64,000 bases of DNA from Verrucomicrobiia bacterium (GTDB lineage: Bacteria > Verrucomicrobiota > Verrucomicrobiia > Limisphaerales > UBA11358): positions 3,089 to 67,088 of the forward strand of contig DASYEY010000126.1 in assembly GCA_036498725.1 (NCBI GenBank). Direction: 5' to 3'. Below, piece after piece: positions 36,018 through 43,610 of the stretch (positions are counted from its first letter, which is position 1; the number at the start of each line of letters is the position of its first letter). The notes below the pieces were generated by a model that made no database searches, was not told where the DNA came from, and saw nothing but the letters and a program-made list of their open reading frames with translations. The position numbers were made by a program, and so were the translations under genes.

Positions 36018-36824
36018 TCAACCGATCAATTCACGCACCTTTGCGCCGATGTCGCCTTGTTTGACGAGTGATTCGCCCACGAGGATCGCGCTTGCGCCAC
36101 ATTTTTTGACGCGTTCCACATCCGTCCGAGTGTGGATACCGCTTTCGGCAACCAACAGTGACGAGTGATGAGTGACAGGTGATGAGTGTAATTTCGCCGC
36201 AAGTTGTTCCGTTGTGGCCAGGTCCACCTTGAACGTTTTCAAGTTGCGATTGTTCACGCCAATCAGCGCGGGAGAAATCTTCAACGCGCGCGTCAATTCT
36301 TCATCGTCGTGCACTTCCACTAAAACCGCGAGGCCAGCTTCGATGGCGAGTGAATGGAATTTTTGCAACTGTTCATCAGTCAAAATGGCGACGATGAGCA
36401 GGATGGCATCCGCGCCCCATTCAATGGCCTCCAGGATTTGCCGTTCATCAATGATGAAATCTTTCCGCAATAACGGCAGCTTTACGGCAGCACGGATTTG
36501 GCGAAGATAATCCAGTGATCCTTGGAAAAATTGTTCATCGGTCAAAACCGAAAGGCAGCTTGCGCCCGCCGCTTCGTATTCTTTGGCGATGCGAACGGGA
36601 TCGAAGTTCGGGCAAATGACACCCATGGAGGGTGAGGCCTTTTTTACTTCGGCGATCAGTCCGATGGTGCCACCGGATGGATGCTTTAGGGCAGAAATGA
36701 AATCGCGCCGTTCGCCATGTTCCAGCATCGCATCGCGCAGGTCACCGGCGGCAATGATGCGGGCCGGAAGCTTGGCGACTTCCAGTTTCTTTTGTTCAAC
36801 GATGGTTTCTAAGATGTTTGCCAC
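36018..36824 (-). CDS. trpC: Indole-3-glycerol-phosphate synthase
   Basis: 'GLIAEVKKASPSMG', 'CLSVLTDEQFFQGS', 'PLLRKDFIIDERQI', 'IGVNNRNLKTF'. The only plausible start is GTG 36824-36822, which lies inside the left inverted repeat of the neighbouring cassette. Confidence 0.9.
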   Translation of the reverse strand: MANILETIVEQKKLEVAKLPARIIAAGDLRDAMLEHGERRDFISALKHPSGGTIGLIAEVKKASPSMGVICPNFDPVRIAKEYEAAGASCLSVLTDEQFFQGSLDYLRQIRAAVKLPLLRKDFIIDERQILEAIEWGADAILLIVAILTDEQLQKFHSLAIEAGLAVLVEVHDDEELTRALKISPALIGVNNRNLKTFKVDLATTEQLAAKLHSSPVTHHSSLLVAESGIHTRTDVERVKKCGASAILVGESLVKQGDIGAKVRELIG

Positions 36825-37260
36825 AGAGTCACAGAGAACACAGAGTTAAAGCATCAATCGTTTGATGCCATCTTTGAGCAGACGCGGGTTAAAATTCAAC
36901 AGTAATCCGCGTTTTAATCCGGTTATTTTCAAATAAGCTAATAATTGCGCTTCAAAGACCGGATCAAATCTTTCCACGCTTTTGAGTTCAATGATAACTA
37001 ATTTTTCGACTACCAAGTCCAGCCGGTATTCTCCAATCACCTGATTCTTATAGGTAATGGGAACAATCAACTGCTGCTCAAAATTCAAACCCGCTATTCG
37101 CAGTTCTATGCAGAGAGCAGATTCATAAGTGGATTCCAATAAACCTGGGCCAAGCGTCCGATGAACTTCAATCGCGCAACCGATAATTTTCTCAGTTAGC
37201 GGATCACGATCCTCTGAAAATTCCAAGTTCATTTCTCTGTGCGCTCTGTGACTCTGTGGC
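36820..37260 (-). mobile_element. 441-bp GxxExxY gene cassette bounded by 26-bp terminal inverted repeats made of three CACAGAG heptads
   Basis: The left end is 'GCCACAGAGTCACAGAGAACACAGAG' (36820-36845). The reverse complement of the right end (37235-37260) is 'GCCACAGAGTCACAGAGCGCACAGAG', giving 24/26 identity. The cassette fills the prfB-trpC gap. Confidence 0.5.
36846..37232 (-). CDS. GxxExxY family protein (PD-(D/E)XK nuclease superfamily)
   Basis: 'IGCAIEVHRTLGPGLLESTYESALCIEL' contains G-L-L-E-S-T-Y. 'YRLDLVVEKLVIIELK' is the core. ATG at 37232 ('MNLEFSEDRD') is preferred; the track's longer N-terminus 'MPQSHRAHRE' is a translation of the heptad repeat. Confidence 0.8.
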   Translation of the reverse strand: MNLEFSEDRDPLTEKIIGCAIEVHRTLGPGLLESTYESALCIELRIAGLNFEQQLIVPITYKNQVIGEYRLDLVVEKLVIIELKSVERFDPVFEAQLLAYLKITGLKRGLLLNFNPRLLKDGIKRLML

Positions 37261-37271
37261 AAAAATGAAAA

Positions 37272-38421
37272 TTATTCTTCCTCATCCTTCACGCCCTGCA
37301 TCCGTTTGAGCGGGCAGCCGGCGCGCAGCCAGGCGTTGATAAACGGGTCGAGCGCGCCGTCCATCACGGCTTGCACGTCGCTGGATTGTTCGCCGGTGCG
37401 CAAGTCTTTGACCATGCGATAGGGCTGAAAAATGTAGCTGCGAATCTGGTTGCCCCACGAAATACTGCCTTTGTCCCCGTAAAAACGTTCCATCTCGCCT
37501 TTCGCCTGGTCGAGTTTCAGCGCGTAAAGTTTGGAGATGAGCATTTGCATCGCGGTGGCTTCGTTTTGCACCTGGCTGCGTTGCGCCTGGGACGCGGCGA
37601 CGAGGCCGGTCGGGATGTGCGTGAGGCGCACGGCGGTTTCGACTTTGTTTACGTTCTGACCACCTTTGCCGCCGGAACGATACGTATCGCGCCGGATTTC
37701 CACTTTAGGGATCACAATGTCGGTTTCGAGCAGATCGCTTAATTCCGCCACGATGTCCACGCTGGAAAAACTTGTGTGCCGGCGCTTGTTGGAATCGAAC
37801 GGCGAAATGCGCACGAGCCGATGCACGCCGCGTTCGGCTTTGCAAAATCCGTAGGCGTTCTCGCCTTCGACCCGGAAGGTGACACTTTTTAGCCCGGCGG
37901 AGTCACCGGCGAGCGCGTCGGTGACTTCCCATTTCCAGCCGCGTGAATCAAACCAGCGGCCATACATGCGCGACAGCATTTCCGCCCAGTCCTGGGCTTC
38001 AGTACCGCCGGCCCCAGCGTTGATGGTGAAGATGCAATTACACTTGTCGTGCGGGCCGTTCAAGAACGTTCGCAGTTCGAAAGTATCAAGATCAGCGAAC
38101 AATTTTTTGAGATCCGCCGCCATCTCAATTTCGAGTTTGAGCTGCATTTCCTCCGGCTCGGCGGCGGCGAGTTCCAGCATCACCTGCAGATCTTCGACTT
38201 GTTTGCCGAAGCGCGTGAGTGGCTCGAGTTTGCCGCGGATATCGTTGGTTTCGTTGATGACCTTTTGCGCGGCTTCCTGGTTGTTCCAGAAAGTTTCGCC
38301 GGTCATCTGCGCTTCAAGCTCAGCGAGGCGTTGGTTCAATTTGGCGACGTCAAAGAAACCTCCGCAAGTGCGTGATTTTGTCAGCAGCGGTGGCGATCTG
38401 TGGTTTGACGAGGTCGAACAT
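37272..38421 (-). CDS. prfB: Peptide chain release factor 2, requiring a programmed +1 frameshift (frame 0: 38421..38353; frame +1: 38351..37272)
   Basis: The minus strand reads 'ATG TTC GAC CTC GTC AAA ... CGG AGG TTT CTT TGA C'. This is the classic CUU UGA C shift site with an upstream SD-like GGAGG. Downstream are 'DVAKLNQRLAELE', 'RISPFD' (SPF) and 'SGGKGGQNVNKVETAVRLTHIPTG' (GGQ). Confidence 0.9.
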
Positions 38422-38462
38422 CCAGACAAACTACCGAAATGGAAGGCGGGAATCCAGAATTC

Positions 38463-39590
38463 TCACCGCGAATATTTGCGTGGGCCGCGGGGCTTTCTTT
38501 TACGAAAGTGCTGCCATAACTGGAATAAAAAGAGCAGCAGCAGAAGAAGAAAAAGCCAGCCGAAGGTCCAGCGCAGGTAGTGGGCAATTTTCTGGTTTTC
38601 CGGGGAAATTTCCGGATCCACCGTGTTCGTCACCATTTCCACCTTGAGTGGCACATTGGTGATACTGGCAGGTTTGCGATGCGCGATATAATTGGACCCC
38701 TGAATCTCCGCCGGCATGGCAGAATAAGTTGTGCCATAGTTCGCCGGTGCCGATGCCAATGCCGACCGGGGAGGCTGTGATTGGCTATTATTTGGATAAT
38801 TTACTGCCGGGGCTGCAGCAGGTGCGGTCGTTTGATTTTGATAGCTCGTTGGTGTCGGGGAAGAACGCGGCGGTGATCCTGAATGACTGCCTGTTGCCCC
38901 CCCTGATGGATTTTGGAGAGCGGAGGGCATGAACAGATCATTGTCGCCGCGCTCCTGGTTTTCTGCCGGGCCAAAGCTTTTATTGTTCCATTCTTCAACG
39001 TGCCCGTCAGCGAACAACACATTGCCTTTGAACATATGCAATTCACGGGTCCACTGAAAATGCACGCCGACATGGTCACGCAAAATGGAAGGAGCCAGTG
39101 CCGGATAGGCAACGAGATTGCGGTCGCCAGCCACGATGGATGTCGGTTTAAAATAATCTGCATTTACGCCGGCGAAGTAACTCAAATTGCTATTTTGCAG
39201 GCTGGAAAAATTGAAGGCCGGTGACCGGTCATCGGTCGGGCAGGCCAAAATGCTGGGGGTGCCCAATTCATTCGACAACGTCTGGAAAATCCGGAAGGTA
39301 AAGTAGAAGGGGCCAGTCACCAGATAGCCGTTCTGCACAAATTCCAGGGCGCCACCTTCGTTGCCGGGCACGGCCATGGGAAACCGGCTATTATGATCAT
39401 GGGCAAACATCTGAAAACCAAGGCCGGTCTGCCGGAGGTTGTTTTCACACCAAATCCGCTTTGCCCGATTCTCACTATTAGTCACCGCCGGCATCAAAAG
39501 GGCGGCGAGCAGGGCGATGATAGAAATGACGACCAGCAATTCAACGAGGGTGAATCCCTGCCTCGGCCAACGACTTTGGTTTGCCTTCAT
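38463..39590 (-). CDS. Prepilin-leader/H-X9-DG pseudopilin-like protein with low-complexity linker and C-terminal TM anchor
   Basis: 'GFTLVELLVVISIIALLAALLMPAV'. 'HMFKGNVLFADGHVEEW' (H-X9-DG). S/P/T/N/Q-rich stretch. C-terminal 'WTFGWLFLLLLLLFLFQLW' followed by 'HFRKRKPRGPRKYSR'. ATG at 39590 is preferred. Confidence 0.8.
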   Translation of the reverse strand: MKANQSRWPRQGFTLVELLVVISIIALLAALLMPAVTNSENRAKRIWCENNLRQTGLGFQMFAHDHNSRFPMAVPGNEGGALEFVQNGYLVTGPFYFTFRIFQTLSNELGTPSILACPTDDRSPAFNFSSLQNSNLSYFAGVNADYFKPTSIVAGDRNLVAYPALAPSILRDHVGVHFQWTRELHMFKGNVLFADGHVEEWNNKSFGPAENQERGDNDLFMPSALQNPSGGATGSHSGSPPRSSPTPTSYQNQTTAPAAAPAVNYPNNSQSQPPRSALASAPANYGTTYSAMPAEIQGSNYIAHRKPASITNVPLKVEMVTNTVDPEISPENQKIAHYLRWTFGWLFLLLLLLFLFQLWQHFRKRKPRGPRKYSR

Positions 39591-39697
39591 GGTTAAAATG
39601 CCGTTAATAACCAACGCGCCATGCAAATTCCCCTGGAAATCTGAAGGTTGATGGTTTTAGCGGGTGTAGATTTCATGCAATGGAGCATAAACTCAAG

Positions 39698-39907
39698 TTA
39701 AAGTTCATCTTCACGTTCGGTATAAAATAATTGATAAGCGCGGTCATAATCCGCTTCGGGCACGAAAACTTGGGCAGCGCGATCCAGATCGCCGTCATCG
39801 GGCCGGGTTGGATCCACAAATTCTTGCGTCGCGGCGATGCCATGTTTTTCCAGCATCACGACCAGCAACTCTGTTTTCACGACTTGTCCGGTGAAGAAAA
39901 GTTTCAC
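39698..39907 (-). CDS. Small DUF2007-like (putative signal-transducing, PII-like fold) protein
   Basis: 69 aa. The 'VVKTELLVVMLEKHGIAAT...VFVPEADYDRAYQLF' pattern resembles DUF2007. The assignment is by pattern only. Confidence 0.45.
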   Translation of the reverse strand: MKLFFTGQVVKTELLVVMLEKHGIAATQEFVDPTRPDDGDLDRAAQVFVPEADYDRAYQLFYTEREDEL

Positions 39908-39988
39908 GTTGAGGTTATAGTTAAAACCGCCCTGATTTTCCCGAATTTACAAAACTAGGAATAATTCGCTCCGTTTGCAGCTAAAAAG

Positions 39989-40645
39989 TCAGGGCACAGC
40001 CAGGCGATTGGTAGCAACCCCGGTTTGCGCCACCGCTTGTTGCAGGCCGGCCTGGCTGAATTGCTGAACGCTGCCGTCGGCAAAGGCAATATTGCCGGCG
40101 AATTTGTGGCGCGTGGCGGACCAGTTAATCGGGGCGTTGGTGGAAAATTCCACCAGGCCAAATTTTACCGGAAGGCCGTTGATTTCCAGATTATCATCGC
40201 CCGATAACAGCATTTGGACATTCGTTTCAGTGGCGTCAACACCGGCGAAATAACTACTATTTTGGCCGGTGAAACCGATTGTAAAGTTGGTTGCCATCAC
40301 TCCACTGGCATCGTCCGGACAAAGTAAGATTTTGGGTGTGCCCAATTCATTGGACATGACTTGAAAGACAGCAGCCGCATTGCCAGCCGCAGCCAATTCC
40401 ATTGCACCGCCATTGGTCACGGAAATGGCCATGGGATACTTATCTCCATTATCGCCTTCCCAAAGCCGAAACGCGAGGCCGACTTGTTTGAGGTTGTTGA
40501 CACAACTAAGCCGGGAAACATGGTGATGAGGGCTGCTTATGCCAGGTAAAAATACCGCTGCCAGAATCATCACGATGGCTACGACTACCAGCACTTCAAA
40601 TACAGTCATGGCGGTGGATTTATTATTTGAGGGGTATGGCTTCAT
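39989..40645 (-). CDS. Prepilin-leader/H-X9-DG pseudopilin-like protein
   Basis: 'MTVFEVLVVVAIVMILAAVFLP' hydrophobic leader. 'CVNNLKQVGLAFRLW'. 'HKFAGNIAFADGSVQQF' (H-X9-DG). ATG at 40645 is preferred over the longer track ORF. Confidence 0.75.
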   Translation of the reverse strand: MKPYPSNNKSTAMTVFEVLVVVAIVMILAAVFLPGISSPHHHVSRLSCVNNLKQVGLAFRLWEGDNGDKYPMAISVTNGGAMELAAAGNAAAVFQVMSNELGTPKILLCPDDASGVMATNFTIGFTGQNSSYFAGVDATETNVQMLLSGDDNLEINGLPVKFGLVEFSTNAPINWSATRHKFAGNIAFADGSVQQFSQAGLQQAVAQTGVATNRLAVP

Positions 40646-40715
40646 GCGATTAGGTTTAGCATCGGCAATGCCAGCGCGATTTGCCAAGGAATTTGCGTTT
40701 TGAACCGATTCCCAT

Positions 40716-40746
40716 GCGTGAAATTCACGCGATTGGCGTGAATTTT
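40716..40746. promoter_or_regulatory. Candidate operator: palindrome GCGTGAAaTTCACGC plus a third GCGTGAA half-site
   Basis: 'GCGTGAAATTCACGC' (40716-40730) and 'GCGTGAATTTT' (40736-40746), 70-100 nt upstream of the pseudopilin-like gene start. It lies in the divergent region shared with rho. Confidence 0.3.
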
Positions 40747-41023
40747 ATGCGCGCAGGAAATCAAAATACTTTGCGATATGTAGTCATTTGCCCATGGGCA
40801 AGCACGAGTCGCCTCAAGCTAAAAGGATACCGAGGGAATGCGTTGATTAGGGATTTGTTGCCGGGTATGGGTAAAAATAGTTGTTGCGTTTAGCGGTATT
40901 TGCCCGTAAATAAAGGCTGTCAAAGGTTCAGTTCCGGGGGCGATGGCGCACCGGACAATTTCTAAAATTCACTTTTCCAGCAATTTTTCGGAAGGGTTTC
41001 AAGCCTTTGGACACACATTTATT

Positions 41024-42178
41024 ATGAGCGAAACGCAAGCTAACGGCGAAAAGCCGTCCGGTCCCAATCCCAATTACGGTTCAGGTTATCTCGAAATCTC
41101 CGAAAAAGGTTTCGGATTCCTCCGCACCGCGCAAAATCATTTTCATCCCAAGCCGACCGATATCTTCGTCACGCCGGATACCATCCGCCGCAATTTTCTG
41201 CGCGAAGGCAGCTTTATTGAAGGCGCGACGCAGCCGCCGCATCGCGGCACCAGCCCGCAACTCAAGACTGTGGACAAGGTGAACGGCATGGTTTTTCAGG
41301 AATACACCAAGGCCGTCCGCTTTGAAAATTTGACCAGCATTGATCCAATTGAAAAATTCAATCTGGAAACCGCGCCGGATGTTTTGGAAACGCGCGTGAT
41401 TGACCTGGTCACGCCGATCGGCAAGGGCACGCGCGGTCTCATTGTCGCGCCGCCGCGCACCGGCAAGACCACCATTCTCAAACAGATCTGCAATGCTGTC
41501 ACGACGAACCATCCCGACGTGCACGTGATGGTCCTGCTGATAGATGAACGTCCCGAAGAAGTCACGGACTTTCAACGCTCGGTGAAGGCTGAAGTCGTCG
41601 CTTCCTCGAATGACATGGAATTGGAAACGCACGTCCGCCTTTCGCGGTTTATGATCGAACGTTGCCGTCGAATCGTTGAATCCGGCAAGGACGTTTTCGT
41701 GTTGATGGATTCGCTCACGCGTATCGCCCGCGCTTACAACTCCGTTCACGGTGGTTCCGGCCGCACGATGACCGGCGGGGTGGACGCGCGCGCCTTGGAA
41801 ATTCCGCGCAAGATGTTTGCCTCCGCACGCAAGATTGAGAACGGCGGTTCGCTGACCATTCTCGCCACCGCCCTCGTGGATACCGGTTCGCGCATGGATG
41901 AACTGATCTTTCAAGAGTTCAAGGGCACCGGCAATATGGAATTGATTTTGGACCGCAAGCTGTCCGACCGGCGTCTGTTCCCGGCGATTGACATCCCGAA
42001 ATCCGGCACGCGCAAGGAAGAAAAATTGTTCGCGGCAAAAAACCTCGAGGCCATCCGCAAACTTCGCCGCACGATGGTGGATTTGAACCCCATCGAAGCG
42101 ATGGAGACGCTTACCGCTGCGCTCAAGAAAAACAAGACCAACGATGAGCTGCTCGCGAAGTTGGAAAAAAACGCGTGA
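41024..42178 (+). CDS. rho: Transcription termination factor Rho (short N-terminus)
   Basis: 'GSGYLEISEKGFGFLR' (CSD-like RNA-binding domain). Walker A 'APPRTGKTT'. 'VLLIDERPEEVTD'. 'RLFPAIDIPKSGTRKEE'. ATG at 41024 ('MSETQ') is preferred; the track start 40943 adds 27 non-homologous residues. Confidence 0.9.
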   Translation: MSETQANGEKPSGPNPNYGSGYLEISEKGFGFLRTAQNHFHPKPTDIFVTPDTIRRNFLREGSFIEGATQPPHRGTSPQLKTVDKVNGMVFQEYTKAVRFENLTSIDPIEKFNLETAPDVLETRVIDLVTPIGKGTRGLIVAPPRTGKTTILKQICNAVTTNHPDVHVMVLLIDERPEEVTDFQRSVKAEVVASSNDMELETHVRLSRFMIERCRRIVESGKDVFVLMDSLTRIARAYNSVHGGSGRTMTGGVDARALEIPRKMFASARKIENGGSLTILATALVDTGSRMDELIFQEFKGTGNMELILDRKLSDRRLFPAIDIPKSGTRKEEKLFAAKNLEAIRKLRRTMVDLNPIEAMETLTAALKKNKTNDELLAKLEKNA

Positions 42179-42213
42179 GCCGTTGAGGGGTTGAATCGTT
42201 AAATCGCTTTCCA

Positions 42214-43212
42214 ATGCGACCACCTGACGATTCAACCAAAGCAAGTTCGCCGCTATCGCGTCCGCCGCTGGAGCGGATGCTGCGCATCCATCAGGCGTTG
42301 CTGGCGGACAAGTTTCCCAACGCCAGCAAGCTCGCGCGCGAAATTGAGGTTTCGACCAAGACCATCCATCGCGACATCGAGTTCATGCGTGACCGGCTGA
42401 ATCTGCCGATCGAATTCAAAGCCGGCCGCAATGGTTATTTCTACGACGGCGAAGTCAGCGGGTTTCCCACGATGCAGATTACCGAGGGCGAAATTTTCGC
42501 GCTCGTCGTCGCGGAAAAGGCCTTGCAACAATATCGCGGCACCAGTTTTGAAAAGCCGCTGCTTAGCGCCATCCGCAAAATGGAGCAGTCCCTGCCGGAC
42601 ACGATTTCCCTCAACCTGGCCGACATTGAGCAGACCATTTCCTTCCGCACCCGCGCTGAGCCGATTCTGGATCTGAAAATTTTTGACGTGCTCGCCCGGG
42701 CTGTCGCGCAACGCCAGCAGTTGGAACTGCATTATCGCAAGCCCGGCCAATCAGCGGAGAAACGCCTGGTGGATCCGTATCATCTCGCCAACATCAATGG
42801 CGAATGGTTTCTCTTTGCCTTTGATCACGCGCGCAAAGACATCCGCAATTTTGTTCCGGCGCGCATCCAATCCGTGCAACCCACGGGAAAGTTTTTTGAG
42901 CGCACGGAAAAGTTCTCCCTGGAAAAACGGTTGCGCGACAGCTTCGGCGTTCACGCCGGCGAAGGGAAATATGAGGTGGCCATCCGCTTCACGCCGCGCG
43001 CAGCTGATTATATTCGTGAAAAAAAATGGCACGCTTCGCAGACCTTGCGTGATTTGAAGGATGGCGGCGCCGAACTCACGCTGAAACTTTCCAGCCTGGG
43101 TGAAATCGAACGCTGGGTTTTGAGCTGGGGCGGCGAGGCTACAGTTTTGCAACCGCCCGAGCTGGTGTCCGCCATCCGGGCCGCCGCTGAAAAAATTCTG
43201 GCATCGGCCTGA
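42214..43212 (+). CDS. HTH + WYL domain transcriptional regulator
   Basis: N-terminal 'LERMLRIHQALLADKFPNASKLAREIEVSTKTIHRDIEFMRDRL' (HTH_11/DeoR-like). WYL-type core 'RLVDPYHLANINGEWFLFAFDHARKDIRNFVPARI'. WCX-like C-terminus. Confidence 0.8.
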   Translation: MRPPDDSTKASSPLSRPPLERMLRIHQALLADKFPNASKLAREIEVSTKTIHRDIEFMRDRLNLPIEFKAGRNGYFYDGEVSGFPTMQITEGEIFALVVAEKALQQYRGTSFEKPLLSAIRKMEQSLPDTISLNLADIEQTISFRTRAEPILDLKIFDVLARAVAQRQQLELHYRKPGQSAEKRLVDPYHLANINGEWFLFAFDHARKDIRNFVPARIQSVQPTGKFFERTEKFSLEKRLRDSFGVHAGEGKYEVAIRFTPRAADYIREKKWHASQTLRDLKDGGAELTLKLSSLGEIERWVLSWGGEATVLQPPELVSAIRAAAEKILASA

Positions 43213-43216
43213 CCGT

Positions 43217-43338
43217 CGCTACAATTTTTAGGTAGGGCCAAGCTGCCACTTGGCCCATTATTTATCAACGACGCGGGTGGTTTGCTCGTCACCTGATCTT
43301 TTTGCCACGCGACGGCGAAGCAGCAACTTCGCCCTACC
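43217..43338 (+). repeat. ~120-nt structured repeat, family C, copy 1 (upstream of the giant gene)
   Basis: 'CGCTACAA..GGTAGGGCCAAGctgccaCTTGGCCC....GGCGAAGcagcaaCTTCGCCCTACC'. The outer complementary ends are GGTAGGGC/GCCCTACC, enclosing two internal hairpins. Colinear with 50641-50757. Confidence 0.8.
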
Positions 43339-43610
43339 AGCCATCGCTTCGGTGGGGTTATCTGCTGCCATGGTTATCTTCCCGAATTCGCGAAAATATG
43401 TGTAATTCGCGTAAAACGCCTTTCCTTCGCCTCCTTAGCGCTCTTAGCGCGACATTCTGGATTCTGACTTTTGCCTTCTGGTCTTATTAAGTGTCTTAAA
43501 TTTGGAAATTCATTGCCGTTTGAGACAAATCTGCCAGACTCGGCGCGAATCAAGAACAAGGATTTCTGAAGCAAAATCTCAGAAAACCATCAGAAGGGAA
43601 AAGAGAAAAA

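Noticed and set aside
37233-37262. 'MPQSHRAHRE' N-terminal extension of the GxxExxY protein
   Set aside because: It is simply the CACAGAG heptad array read in frame. The ATG at 37232 gives the family-typical ~128-aa protein.
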